Below, in pieces: positions 50,844-64,000 of a stretch of 64,000 nt of DNA (position 1 is the stretch's first letter; each line of letters begins with the position of its first letter). The DNA comes from Heptranchias perlo (taxonomy: Eukaryota): contig NC_090351.1 of NCBI RefSeq assembly GCF_035084215.1, forward strand, positions 14,818,001 to 14,882,000, read 5' to 3'. A program made the translations under genes and the position numbers. Below the pieces are notes generated by a model. It had not been told where the DNA came from. It saw only the letters and a program-made list of their open reading frames with translations, and ran no database searches.

Positions 50844-51866
50844 TTGGAGGAGATGAGTCTTAATTTTAACACCATTATACCTTTCAAATAGTATTTTCAG
50901 ACGTACATGTTTTAAGAAGCTATGTTCGAGGTGTACATTGACACATTCATTGCATGTGCTGGGAGCTATGTGGATTTATGGGTTGAAGCATTTTTTTTGT
51001 TTTTCGTCTCTAGGGTTCAGTTGTCTTGACGAGCCCATTAGTGGTCCAACTGATGGTCACTGACCTTGTTTGTCTGAAATGTTCACTTAATTCACTTTCT
51101 TTCTTCTCCTGGGAGGTGGTTTCCTTGTGGGGGGTGGTGGGGGGAGGGGATTTGCTTCAAGAAGCAATTCTTGAATTATTAATGGACTGCCGTTTCCTTC
51201 CTGAGTGAATTCATTCAATATGGAGAGATTGTAATTGTAAAAAATCTGTCTGGCCTTTTTATTTCGTCTGCAGAGAAAGTGAAATGGTTTTGTACATGAC
51301 AATGTCTGCATGAAACAGGTAAAATCAATCAAGTGACATCTCTTCACATTTGAAGCTGATGTTATAAGTTTTGAATTTTGCTTAGCTTCATTTTTAATTA
51401 AAGAAGTAGATGATATATTTTGATCCCAAATCAGCTTAGTTTGCTAATTTTACATTGCTCATGGCCACATTGAAATAAATAACAGGATGTTTGCGTATGA
51501 GCAGCTGTCCATAATGGATGTGTGGACATATCTTAGTTAAAAGGGCTGTTTGCCTGGAAACTTGTGAATTGAGTGAAACCTTGCAGGCTCAAATTAATTG
51601 TTATTTCTGATCAGATCTATCTCTATACTCAAATAAGGTTATATTCAATGTTAAATTGTAGATTTTTGTATAATATTGTTGCTTTGATCTGAAAAATATC
51701 AACTTCAAAAGAAGTTAAAAGAAAGAGTTTGTTTAGAAGTTCTTGCAATTTCAAGAACAATTTACATTTATATAGCACCTTTCATGCAACTAAAGCTCCC
51801 TGGCACTGTACAGTGGGAGTGATGATCATTGAGCTGGGTCCAGTAGAAAGTTAGTGAAGATATAGT

Positions 51867-52568
51867 TGTGTTAGGGAAAGGATGTTCTCACTTATAAGTA
51901 ATTCCTCACGATATTAGGGTTCAATGGCATTTATTTGCTTTCATAGGAATTAACAATACAATGATAACTGCTACTAATAATTACACATATACTTAACGCA
52001 CTTACGGTACAAATTACTGGAGAATTCACACGTAACAGTTCTCGAGCTCGAAGGGTTAATAGCTGAACAGGCCTTGTCGAATTCTGAAGAATCTGTTCTA
52101 ACACCCACCTTTTAAACCTTTCTTTCCACCCTGCTGTGCATCACATGTTCCAAAGCATTAGCTTTAATAACTTTAGTTTTAACAAGAATCACTCCCCAGG
52201 CATTCACCTTGACTGAACTGTTAATTAAGTCATTCAACTAGAGACAGTTACAGAGAACAAGGTTCTCTAAAGGGAAGTTACACCACTGTCCTCGGAGGAA
52301 TCACTACCTAAATCTCTTGCTTCTTGACTTGATGGTGAAAACACGTCCATAGATATCTCACTGCTGAGAGATCTATGGTCCCCCTCAAGGCTGAGCAAAC
52401 AAAGCCAGTTTGTGGCCTCTGCTGAATCTCCTTATCACCTCAAACACTGTCTTTGCTTTTCATTTCACTGGAAATGAAACTGAAACTAACATCTCTAGCC
52501 TTCTAACAGAAACTTACTTAACAGGCAAACGCTAAAAGTTAATATAAAGAATTAACCCTCTCCTCACA
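51867..52568. mobile_element. Probable solo LTR inserted in an L2 3' remnant
   Basis: TGTG...CACA termini with imperfect inverted ends; AGTT at both junctions (51864-67, 52568-71); L2-like sequence on both sides. Confidence 0.5.
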
Positions 52569-53395
52569 GTTATACGTTATGAGGAGCCCTTTGAAGAAGG
52601 GGAAAGAGATGGCAAAGGCGAAGACGTTTCGCAAGAACATTTCTGACAGCAGAGATAGTGGTGGCTGAAGGCCATGTTACTGACAGTGAGGGGGAGAGTT
52701 ACAATGTCAGATGAATGGCCTTCATCCGTCTTGCCGCAAAACTCTGGAATTCTCTCCCTAAATCCTGACATCTTGCTGCATCTCTCCCCACTTTCAAAAA
52801 CCTCCTTGAAACTTGCTCAACTGCACCTTTGATCACATCCCATAATTTCTTCTAGTCCTGCTTGGGTTTGACATTCTGCTATATTAGAAGTGCTGTATAG
52901 TTGTTGGCTGCATTTGGGCAGGTAGGAACGGAACCAGGAGAAGGCAGTGGGGTAGAGGTGGACAATGGAGGAAAGAATGGAACAGCCAATTCTATTGAAG
53001 TCCACAGAGATTTCAGGGAAGGCAAGGAGAGGTATACGCCACAGTCATAGGATATTGGGGCTATGGGTTGAATGAAACCAAACTAGAGGACCTTAAATAG
53101 GGTCATAGATCAGATTTCTACTTAGATATAAATAAATATTAATTGTTTCAGTCTTCAAAATTTGGTCTGATGTCTTCCACTCTGAAATTAGTTTGATAGT
53201 ATAGCATAAGATTGTATTGAATCCAGTAATTATATTACTGCAAGTAGAGTAAATAGTTACTCCTTGGATCACACAACTTTCCAAGGGTTGATTGCAGAAC
53301 AAGAACAGCTTTCATTTTGTAGGCAACAAAGTCTGTTTACGGGAACCAATGTGGAACCATCGAGAGAGAAAACGGTTATGTGAAAACCCGGAATT

Positions 53396-54823
53396 ATAGA
53401 ACCATAGAATGATACAGCACCGAAGGAGGTGATTCAGCCCATCGTGCCTGTTCTGGCTCTTTGAAAAATCTATCCAATTAGTCCCACTCTCCTGCCCTTT
53501 CCCCATAGCCATGCAAATACTTCCTCTTCAAGTATTTATCCAATTCCTGTTTGAAAGTTACTATTGAATCTGCTTCCACCACCCTTTCAGGCAGTACATT
53601 CCAGATCATAACAACTCGCTACATAAAAAAAATTCTCCTCATCTCGTCTCTAATTCTTTTGCCATTTACCTTAAATCTGTGTCCTCTGGTTACTGACCCT
53701 TCTGCCAGTGGAAACAATTTTTTCTTATTTACTCTATCAAAACCCTTCATGATTTTGAACACCTCTATTAAATCTCCTCTTAACCTTCTCTGCTCCAAGG
53801 AGAAAAATCCCAGCTTCTCTAGTCTCTCTACATAACTGAAGTCCCTCATCCCTGGTACCATTCTAGTAAATCTCCTCTGCACCCTCTGTAAGGCCTTGGC
53901 ATCCTTTCTAAAGTGTGGTGTTCAGAATACTCCAGATGGGGCCTAACCAGTGATTTATAAAGGTTTAGCATAACGTTCTTGCTTTTCTACTCTATGCCTC
54001 TGTTTACTAAGCCAAGGATCCCATATACTTTTTTAACAGCCATCTCAACTTGTCCTGCCACCTTCAAAGATTTGTGTACATACACCCCAAGGTCTCTGTT
54101 CCTGCACCCCATTTACATTTGTAGCATTTAAATTGCCTCTCCTCATTCTTCTTACCAAAATGCATCACTTCACACTTCTCTGTGTTAAATTTCATTGGCC
54201 ATGTGTCTGCCCACTTCACCAGTCTGTCTATGTCATCCTGAAGTCTGTTACTATCCTCGTCACTGTTTACTACATTTCTGGGTTTTGTATCATCTGTAAA
54301 CTTTGAAATTATGCCCTGTACACCCAAGTCCAGGTCATTAATACATATCAAAAAGAGCAGTGGTCCTAATACCGACCCTTGGGGGACAGCACTGCGCACT
54401 TCCCTCCAGTCTTAAAAACTACCGTTCACCACTACTCTCTGCTTTCTGTCCCTTAACCAATTTTGTACCCATGCTGCCACAGTCCCTTTAATCCCATGGG
54501 CTTCAATTTTGCTTACAAGTCTATTATCTGGTACTTTATCAAATGCATTTTGAAAGTCCGTATACACAACATCAACCGCGCTACCCTCATCAACCCTCTC
54601 CGTTTCTTCATCAAAGAACTCAATCAAGTTAGTCAAACAGGATATGCCTTTAACAAATCCATGCTGGCTGTCATTTATTAACATAGAAACATCGAAAAGA
54701 GGAGCAAGGGTAGGCCATTCGGCCCTTCGGGCCAAAAGCCATTCAAAATGATCATGGCTGATCGTCTAACTCATTACTCTGTTCCCGCTTTTTCCCCATA
54801 TCCCTTGATCCCTTTAGCATTAA
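53396..54823 (-). mobile_element. CR1 LINE fragment plus a second CR1 3' end (54681-54823)
   Basis: ORFs 53619, 54064, 54412 with RT motifs; second tail ACATAGAAACATCGAAA. Confidence 0.92.
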
Positions 54824-54867
54824 CCCATTGTAATGGCTTAAATTAAAACAGTGACATTCCTTACAGC

Positions 54868-55512
54868 AATAACCACCACCACCACAATCACCAATTTATA
54901 TGGCACCTTTAATGTAGAAACATTTCCCAAGGTGCTTCACAGAGGTGTAAGGGATAAAATGAGTGCAGTGCCAAAGAAGGAGATATTAGGAGGGATGCCT
55001 AAAAAGTTGGTCTAAGTGGTGGGTTTTACGGAGAGTCTTAAAGGAGGATGAGAAAGAGATGGAGAGGCGGAGAGATTTAGGGAGGGAATTTCAGAGTGTG
55101 GGGCCCAGGCAGCTGGAGATCTGGCTGCCAAAGGAGGGCCGAAGGGAGAGGGGAATGGATAAGATGCAGAAGTTATAGGAACGGAGAAGTCAGGAGGAGT
55201 TGTAGGACTGAAGGACATTACAGAGATGGGGAGGGCAAGGCTATGAATGGATTTCAACACAAGGATGAAAAATTTAAATTTGAGAGAGCAAGAGCCAGTG
55301 TAGGTCAGCAAGGAAAGGGGTGATGGGTGAATGGGACTTGGTGCCGGATAGAATACAGATAGCAGAGTTTTAGATGAGCTGAAGGTTATGAAAGGTGGAG
55401 AATGGGAGGTGGCAAGGAAAGCATTGAAGGTAGCAAAGGCATGGATGAGGGTTTCAGTGGAAGATGGGCTGAGGCAGGGGTGGAGGTGGAGGCGGGTGAT
55501 GTTACAGAGGTG
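54868..55512 (-). mobile_element. L2 LINE 3' region
   Basis: FKFFILVLKSIHSLA motif; tail TTTATATGGCACCTTTAATGTAG with (CAC)n. Confidence 0.85.
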
Positions 55513-56652
55513 TATTTCAATGATATCTAAAACAATGTGTTAAGATGCAGGTTTAAATGCTGACAAATTATTCCCTAGTTTTTTTACAAAAGAAATTTTA
55601 CTCCATTTAACACTGAAAGGGGAAATAATTACAGTATTCCAAATTACCTTAATTTTTTTCCTAATGTCTTTTCCAGCCTCCTCGTCACCCCCTGTTATCT
55701 GTGCACCTTCACCCAGCCCTTTGCCTTCCCGAGCTCCCTGTCCTGTTTTTGTTGCCTCCTTGCCTCCGTGTGCAATCGTACCCCTTACCTTCCCCAGCAA
55801 CCTCAGCATCTTCTGCCAACTCGTGGTCCTCCCCACTACTCATGCGCTTTTCCCACTTTGCCTTCCCCTCTAACCATGTACCATTTCCTGCTTCTCTATT
55901 AGGAGAAAAGGATTAAAACAATTGAAAAAAATAATCAAGAGAATGCCTGTTAAAGGACATTATCACATGCAAAAAAAAAAGAATAAAACAGAAAAGACTA
56001 ATGAATACAGTTGTCAAAAGCAGAATCATGCAACATGGGTGCAGGTGATACTTTAATTGTGGTATTGTGTTTTATGGCAGTTCTGGATTTTTGTGTTACG
56101 AATGACAGTTGTACATGGGAGATAGAGTGGTAATGGCAGGGCTGTACTGCAGGCATGCTGCCAGGGAATAACAATTTCCCAGTTTGTGCTATAAACTGAA
56201 GCTCCCTCTGTGACAGCAGTCAAAACATTATTTGACCCCATGGGACATAATTATGATACCTAGTAAAGCTATTTCACTGGCGGCATTATACCAAACAGCA
56301 TTATCTTCTGTTAACAAGTCAGTCATGCCTTCTGTTATAATCCCATTGCTATATTATATATAATTATATTTTTTCTGATTTGAAGTTAAGACATTTTAAA
56401 GATTAAATGAGATGTATTTGAATAGAGGACCATTCTAAATTTGAATGATTTTGTCATATCAGGAATTGAACAGTCCCCAGATAATTTATCTCAATGATTT
56501 CATTTTGATCCTGTCCTACTTTTCTTGGTAATTATGATGCACAGAGCTTTTGCTCAAGATCAATACGCTAGTATTGTTTAATAATCAATATAGATGAAGA
56601 AAACAGTGACATTTCATGATAGGTATTAAATGCTTACTCATTTAGAATGTTA

Positions 56653-58992
56653 ATCATAGAATCATAGAATGGTTATAACACAGAAAGAGGCCATTCAGCC
56701 CATCGAGCCCATACCGGCTCTTTGTAAGAGCAAACCAGTTAGTCCCATTCCCCCGCTCTTTCCCCGTAGCCCTGCAAATTTTTTACCTTTAAGTATTTAT
56801 CCAATTCCTTTTTGAAAGCCATGATTGAATCTGCATCCACCACTCTTTCAGGCAGCGCATTACAGATCATAGCTACTCGCTGCGTAAAAAGATTTTCCTC
56901 ATGTTCTTTTGCTAATCACCTTAAATCTGTGTCCTCTGGTTCTGGATCCTTCCACCAATGGGAACAGTTTCTCTTTATTTACTTTATCTAAACCTTTCAC
57001 AATTTTGAACACTTCTATCAAATGTCCTCTTAACCTTCTCTGCTCTAAGGAGAACAACCCCAGCTTCTCAAGTCTATCCATGTAACTGAAGTCCCTCATC
57101 CCTGGAACCATTCCAGTAAATCTTTTCTGCACCCTCTCTAAGGCCTTCACATCCTTCTTAAAGTGCAGGGCCCAGAATTGGACACAATACTCCAGCTGTG
57201 GCTGAACCAGTGTTTTATAAAGGTTCAACATAACTTCCTTGCTTTTGTACTCTATGCCTCTATTTATAAAGCCCAGGATCCCGTATGCTTTTTTAACCAC
57301 TTTCTCAACCTTCAAAGATTTGTGCACATATACCCCTAGGTCTCTCTGTTCCTGCACCCCCTTTAGAATTGTCCCCTTTAGTTTATATTGCCTCTCTTCC
57401 TTCTTCCTGCTAAAATGTATCACTTTGCACTTCTCTGCGTTAAATTTCATCTGCCATGAGTCCGCCCATTCCACCAGCCTGTCTATGTCCTCTTGAAGTC
57501 TATTACTATCCTCCTCACTGTTTACAACACTTCCAAGTTTTGTGTCATCTGCAAATTTTGAAATTGTGCCCTGTACACCAAAGTCCAAGTCATTAATATA
57601 TATCAAAAAAGCAGTGGTCCTAGTACCGACCCCTGGGGAATACCACTGTATACCTTCCTCCAGTCCGAAAAATAACCGTTCACCACTACTCTCTGTTTCC
57701 TGTCACTTATCCAATTTCATGTTCATGCCGCCACTGCCCCTTTTATTCCATGGGTTTCAATTTTGCTGACAAGCCTATTATGTGGCACTTCATCAAACCC
57801 CCTTTGAAAGTCCAAATACACAACATCAACCGCGTTGCCCTCATCAACCCTTTCTGTTACCTCATCAAAAAATTCAATCTAGTTAGTTAAACACGATTTG
57901 CCTTTAACAAATCCGTGCTGGCTTTCCTTTATTAATCCACACTTGTCCAAGTGACTACTAATTTTGTCCCAGATTATTGTTTCTAAAAGTTTCCCCACCA
58001 CCGAGGTTAAACTGATTGTCCTGTAGTTACAGGGTTTACCATTAGACCCTTTTTTGAACAAGGGTGTAACATTTGCATTTCTCCAGTCCTTTGGCACCAC
58101 CTCTACATCTAAGAATGATTGGAAGGTTATGGCCAGCACCTCTGCAATTTCCACCCTTACTTCCGTCAGCAACCTGGGATGCGTCCCATCTAGACCAGGT
58201 GACTTATCTACTTTAAGTACAGCCAGCCTTTCTAGTACCTCCTCTTTAACAAATTTTAACCCATCCAGTATCTCAACTACATCCTGTTTTACTGTGACTT
58301 TGGCAGCATCTTCTTCTTTGATAAAGACTGATGCAAAGTACTCATTTAGTACCTCAGCCATGCCTTCTGCCTCCATGCATAGATCTCCTTCTTGGTCCCT
58401 AATCAGCCCCACCGCTCCTTTAACTACCCATTTAATCTTTGTATGCCTATAGAAAACTTTTGGATTCCCTTTTATGTTGGCCGCCAATCTATTCTCATAC
58501 TCTCTCTTTGCCCCTCTTATTTCCATTTTTACTTCCCCTCTGTACTTTCTATATTCAGCCTGGTTCTCACTTGTATTATCAACCTGACATCAGTCATATG
58601 CCCCTTTTTTCTGCTTCATCTTACTCTCTATCTCTTTCATCATCCAGGGAACTTTGCTTGCCCTACCTTTCCCCCTCGTGAGTATGTACCTAGACTGTGC
58701 CTGAACCACCTTCTCTTTAAAGGCCGCCCGTTGTTTGATTACAGTTTTGCGTGCCAATCTTTGATTCCAATTTACCCAGGCCAGATCCGTTCTCAGTGGG
58801 CCCTCCTCCAATTAAGTATTTTTACTCTAGATTGCTTCTTGTCCTTTTCCATAACTAATCTAAACCTTATGAAACTATGATCACTGTTCCCTAAATGTTC
58901 CCCCACTGACACTTGCTCCACTTGACCCACTTCATTCCTCACAACCAGATCCAGCAATGCCTCATTCCTCTTTGGGCTGGAAACATACTGAT
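56653..58992 (-). mobile_element. CR1 (HER1-like) LINE, 5'-truncated
   Basis: ORFs 56899, 57879, 58590; tail (ATCATAGA)2; close paralogue of 8378-10519. Confidence 0.95.
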
Positions 58993-59819
58993 ATTAGATT
59001 ATGCAGGTGGGTGCTAAAAGTGTAACAAATATCAAAGAATTGTTTTTACGCAATGTATGCATCATGAAATACATTTAGCATGTGACCACACATATTGTAC
59101 AAATTATAAGCCTGTATTAGGGACATTTACTGGGGATAGCCACAGACACTCAGTACATTAAGGTGATTAGCTGGGAAGATGTGCATTGTAGACTCACCAC
59201 TCACGCTTTGTTTGAGACGACTGGGAATGGCCGGGCCGCCTTCTCCCAGAGAGATAAGAGCCCATCTATATTGATGAGATTATGTATCTTGCCATTGTCC
59301 CATGTCGTTAGCATCACTAGCCATCTCCTCTTGATGAGGTTAAATGTCTTGCCATTGTTTCAGCAAGCCGATGATGTCAGGTCAGGTGCCGGCCAGTCAG
59401 GGTCTCTTTTGTCAAGCTGATGGACTCCCAGCCTCAACAGCTTTTTGGGGAGAGAGTTCCAGATTTCCACTACCCTTTGTGTGAAGAAGTACTTCCTGAC
59501 ATCAATCCTGAACAGCCTAGCTCTAATTTTAAGGTTATGCCCTCTCGTTCTGGACTGCCCCACAATCAGTAAATGATCGCAGGGCTAGAAACGAACCCTA
59601 CTGCCTGCATCAAATATGGCGCTGTGCTATACACCACACCTCCATGTGAATATGTCAGGGATGGAGAGTGCGGACTACAGAGATGCGAACCACATGTACA
59701 AAGTACTTTTCTCCCAGTTTGCCAGCAGCAATGTCCGGGAGATCAATTGCCGATTCCAGGAGACTTGGCAACCCTACCTGTGAGTTTATCATGTGTATCC
59801 CTTAGTGGCCTATCCCTAC

Positions 59820-60990
59820 CCTGATTTTCCTTTTGTTATTTATGTGTCTGTAGAATATTTTAGTATTTCCTTTTATATTCTTTGATCATTGAATGGTGTA
59901 GTTTCTCTTTGCCTTTCTAATTGTTTTTCTTGAGTTCTTTCCTAACCTCTTTGTATTCCCTTTTGTCATCCTTTCCATTATTGCCCATGTACTTAGTGCA
60001 TGCCTTTCTCTTTAGTTTCAATTTTTCCCTTATCTCTTTACTCATTCATGGTGTTTCATTATTGGCTACTTTGTTCTTGTTTTTTAGCGGAATATATTTC
60101 TCCTGAACTCTATTGATAACCTTTTAAAATATTTCCCACTGCTGTTCTATCTCTTTGTTTGCCAATATTATTTTCCAGTTTGCCTTCCTTCATTCCATTT
60201 TCATCCCCTCAAAATTAACTTTTTTCTAATCTATTAATTTGGCCTTTGTCTCCCTTGTCTTTCTCAATCATTATCTTAAACCTCATTATGTTGTGATCGT
60301 TATTGCCTAGATGTTCCCCTAGTGCTTACTGTTTCTACCTGCTCTGGTTCATTTTCCAGATTTGCCTACATATTTCTTCTTCCACTTCCCTTCCACTACT
60401 AGGTGGTCTGTAGAATACCCCTATTAGCATGATTGATCCCGTCTTATCCTTTATCTCAAGCCATATGGATTCTGTTTCTATCGTAATGTTAGATATGTCC
60501 CTTTTTTCTACTGCCATTATGTTTTCTCTAATTAGTACAGCTACCTCACCCCTCTCTTCATTCCCTATCCTTTCTAAATATGTCATAAGTCTTATCCACA
60601 CCTCTATTTATCTTTTCTGCCAGGATTCTGTTCCCATTCTGGTTCAGGTGGAGCCCGTCCCATCGGTATAGCTCCCTTCAGTCCCAGTAAGTGCCAGTGT
60701 CCCATGCAATAGAACCCCTCATTCTCACACCACTCTTTCAGCCACGCATTCACCTTCCTGATCTGACCATCTCTGTGTGAATTAGTGCATGGCTTGAGTC
60801 GTAATCCTGAGATTACTACTGATGGGGTCCTGCTTTTTAATTTAGTTCGTAGCTTCTGATACTCCGTGAGCAGGACTGCCTCCCTATTCTTCTCTATGTC
60901 ACTGGTCCTGACATGGACCATGGCAAATGGATCTTCCCTCTCCCTTTCCATGTTCCTTTCTAGTTGTTCTGCGATACCCTTTACCCTGGC
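59820..60990 (-). mobile_element. CR1 5' region: ORF1 SGNH-esterase-like fragment and ORF2 APE endonuclease fragment
   Basis: ORF 60604 VHVRTSDI...VVISGL...VNAWLKEWC..EGF...HW; ORF 60335 ESIWLEI...IGVFYRPP. Confidence 0.85.
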
Positions 60991-61323
60991 ACCATTATTC
61001 CATGGCAGGGTCTGATTCCACCATTATTCCATGGCAGGTTCTGATTCCACCATTATTCCATGGCAGGGTCTGTTTCCACCATTATTCCATGGCAGGGTCT
61101 GTTTCCACCATTATTCTATGGCAGGTTCTGATTCCACCATTATTCCATGGCAGGGTCTGATTCCACCATTATTCCATGGCAGGGTCTGTTTCCACCATTA
61201 TTCCATGGCAGGGTCTGTTTCCACCATTATTCTATGGCAGGTTCTGATTCCACCATTATTCCATGGCAGGGTCTGATTCCACCATTATTCCACGGCAGGG
61301 TCTGATTCCACCATTATTCCACC
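60990..61323. repeat. 29-bp minisatellite, about 11.5 copies, with 116-bp higher-order duplication
   Basis: Unit CACCATTATTCYATGGCAGGKTCTGWTTC; variant pattern of units 3-6 repeats as units 7-10. Confidence 0.95.
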
Positions 61324-61752
61324 CATTTTTCATTCGCTTGAAGTTTCTGTTCTGGGTGCAAGGTGCCATTTGCTACACTCGTCCTTTCACCAATGCACAT
61401 CCAAATGAGTTGGATGACTTAAGGAGTCCATGTTTCCAGCATTATACACAGATAAATGAGGCACATCCTTCTCAGGATCTGACTCAGCCAGGGGAAGTGA
61501 AACATTTACAGCATTGAATACTTTTGCCCATATCTCGTGTTTTCTTGCATCTTTTGAGATTTTATTTTCTGTTGTGGGAAGCTTTTGAGCCACATTTTAA
61601 ACTGCCAGTGTGAGGGTCTTTCTGATTGTCAGCATGCTTTTGACCACATCGATAATACGCAGCATGGGAAAAACAAAAGCAATCCCTTGGTGAGAAATCA
61701 CTGTAGTTGAACACTTATGTCAGAAGCTGGAGTTTAAAACATACTACTTATA

Positions 61753-62018
61753 GCAGGTGCATGGGAAAACCATTGCCTCCAAGTTCCCCTCCAAGTCACA
61801 CACTATCCTGACTTGGAAATATATCGCTGTTTCTTCATCACCGCTGGGTCAATAGCCTGGAACTCCCTCCATAACAGCACTGTGGGAGAACCTTCACAAC
61901 TCGGACTGCAGCGGTTCAAGAAGGTGCCTCATCACCACCTTCTCAAGGGCAACTAGGGATGGGCAACAAATGCTGGCCTTGCTAGTGATGCCTATATCCC
62001 AAGAATGAATTAAAAAAA
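61753..62018 (+). mobile_element. 3' end of the same LINE family as 17442-18304
   Basis: GGACTGCAGCGGTTCAAGAAGG...AGGGATGGGCAACAAATGCTGGCC...GAATTAAAAAAA matches the reverse complement of 17440-17700. Confidence 0.9.
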
Positions 62019-62899
62019 GCTTACTTGCTGTGCCTCCAGAAAGTGACTGCCACTTTTACGTTGCTTCAGGCTTTTAAATCCGAGTCCTGATGGATAAAGA
62101 TTATCTCTGCTGGCTGATGGACTCTCAGATGAAATGAGTTTGGGTGGTCTCAACCAGGTTTTAGTGAGTTTAGGCCAACAACACAAAAGTGGTATTAAAT
62201 GACAACAGGATGACCATTCTTGGAAATCGTCGATGAGCACAAGAAGCAATCATGTTAATCAGTACCTGCAGTTCCTGTATTTTTCTGACCATTTGTGCAG
62301 TTGTTACCTCACACCGACACAGATGAGTTTGACAATATTATTGAGAGTGACATGAGTTGTTTGTGTGTCTTGCTGTTTACCCAGAGTAAAAAAATTCTAA
62401 TGAGGTCCTGCTGTTAAATTCAGCAGGACCGCCCCCTTCCTGGCATTTCCAGGTTTCCCGGCCAATGACAGATGCCTCCGCTCCCTCCCCGCCTCCCCGT
62501 AAATATCGTGGCCTATCTGTGCAATCTACCGCAGTAGTTTTTGGTTGAACACCAATTACAGAGACAGAAATTCATTATAACACTAAGGAAGCGATTGGCA
62601 TCAGGAATGCCGATTGTACAAGTATCCCTATCTTTATCTGGGTCAAATAATCAAAAACGGATTTGTGAAGAGATGGCTGAGAAACATGATTAAACTTGAC
62701 ATTTATTCCTGGCAATCATTCTGTGTGTGTGCTTCACATTTTTTGTTAAAGTCATCAATAATCATACAAGGGGCAGGGTTATTACAACAGACTGACATTG
62801 TAGATCAAATGCAACCTATGATTTAATAGGACAGCGATTCAATATTTGCAGTAGCTGGTGACAGCCCAGTTGAATTTCAAAATCTTGTCAATTGTTAGT

Positions 62900-63415
62900 T
62901 GAACGTTCTCAGAATTGTTTGCGAATTTGATTTGGGAAACGGCAGCTGGTGTCCTCAGGTAGCTCGCCGGCGAAGAGGATTTCAGTTTCGGGCCACTGCA
63001 TCTCTGGCATCAGCCCTCGAGTAAGTCCTGGAATAGGGGGAGGGAACCGGTCGAAGGCTGGCAATAGTCTTCCGCATTGCAGCGGAACCGGGAGGAGCAC
63101 TTCTGCACTTCCCGGCTCCACATTCAGGTAAACATCTTTTAAGAAAACTTAACTTTATAGTTGTCCTTTTAAGGACCGCTGGTTAGGCCACATGTGGACA
63201 ATGTTTTCCTGAACACAGCCGATATGATGCTGGCTACGTTCAGGTCAGCCCAATTTTGCATAGGGGGCCTCCAACAGGCGTTAGACTCCCTATTTACATA
63301 AGTAAAGGGTCTAATGTTTGGTTCAGGTGCGGGCCCTGGAAGTCTCTTTTTCTGTCTTCACCAATATGGTGGGTAGCCCATTCCCACTGGGTGGGTTAGG
63401 TTAAAATCGGGGCTA
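62900..63415. mobile_element. Harbinger-type MITE remnant
   Basis: CpG-rich block ending GGTTAAAATCGGGGC; a similar end GTAAATATCGTGGCC lies at about 62500. Confidence 0.4.
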
Positions 63416-64000
63416 GAAGGTCAAAAAAATCTGAGAAAATTAACTATGGAACACACACATATATTGCGAAGCACCCTAAAACTTGGAATCAACTAAATGA
63501 AGGCTTTAATGAATTAATATTATGTTCACTCTGTTTTGCATGTCCTATAATGTACTTCCATTTATTTCTTTATAAACCTACTGATGTATCTTAGGTCTCG
63601 AATTCATTTTAGAGAACTTTTCATTGCCTTGGAGCACTTCCTAAAATAAGCAATCCAAATGAGAGATCTGTGAATCTGCTAAGAACAATCAACCTCTGAT
63701 CCAGGAAGACACAGCGATTAGACTTTATGGCTTTAAACGGACACACAAAGTTACGCACTTTAGCAGCAGATATATGTTGTGCATTAGATGATACAATGCT
63801 TCTGTCCTTATCAAGTAGCACATTATGTGATTTCCTGAAATCAATACCATGCTAGTACTAAAGTAAGTGCCTTGAGGATGTTCAAGGGTTAACAGTTTCA
63901 AAGTTTGGATTGCTATAGCAACCCAAAACTCATAACTATGAAAACTCAAACTTCATTACTGTACAAAGTCCTTCAGGTTACTGTAGAAATCCAGAACTCA

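Noticed and set aside
60990-61323. CRISPR-like array
   Set aside because: Units are head-to-tail with no unique spacers, no cas genes, vertebrate context.
61387-61593. RKHEIWAKVFNAVN as a third Myb/SANT domain
   Set aside because: Lacks the upstream RF motif and downstream KKW/F helix; too short to support.

Overview
Eukaryotic, repeat-dense vertebrate DNA, most likely a shark or other cartilaginous fish (inferred from the repeat families: HER1-type CR1 LINEs, a Deu-domain SINE, LF-SINE/AmnSINE2-like SINEs, Penelope-like elements, Harbinger transposons). No host gene could be identified; the window looks like a large intron or intergenic region. Nearly all long ORFs are retrotransposon or DNA-transposon fragments or their antisense shadows. 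The most striking structure is a four-level nest at 16.66-22.3 kb: CR1 > Harbinger-like MITE > second LINE > Penelope-like element. The Penelope-like element forms a 706-bp-per-arm palindrome with a 2-nt loop, carries a GIY-YIG nuclease fragment and a minimal hammerhead ribozyme on each arm, and has a 12-bp target-site duplication that straddles the base of an older fold-back stem in the host LINE. Fold-back inverted duplications recur at four places (2.1, 19.1, 20.1 and 26.3 kb). A decayed two-gene Harbinger (Myb/SANT + DDE transposase) lies at 41.8-45.8 kb beside a second orphan Myb/SANT gene. Coordinates of old repeats are approximate, and family names come from recalled consensus motifs, not database searches.
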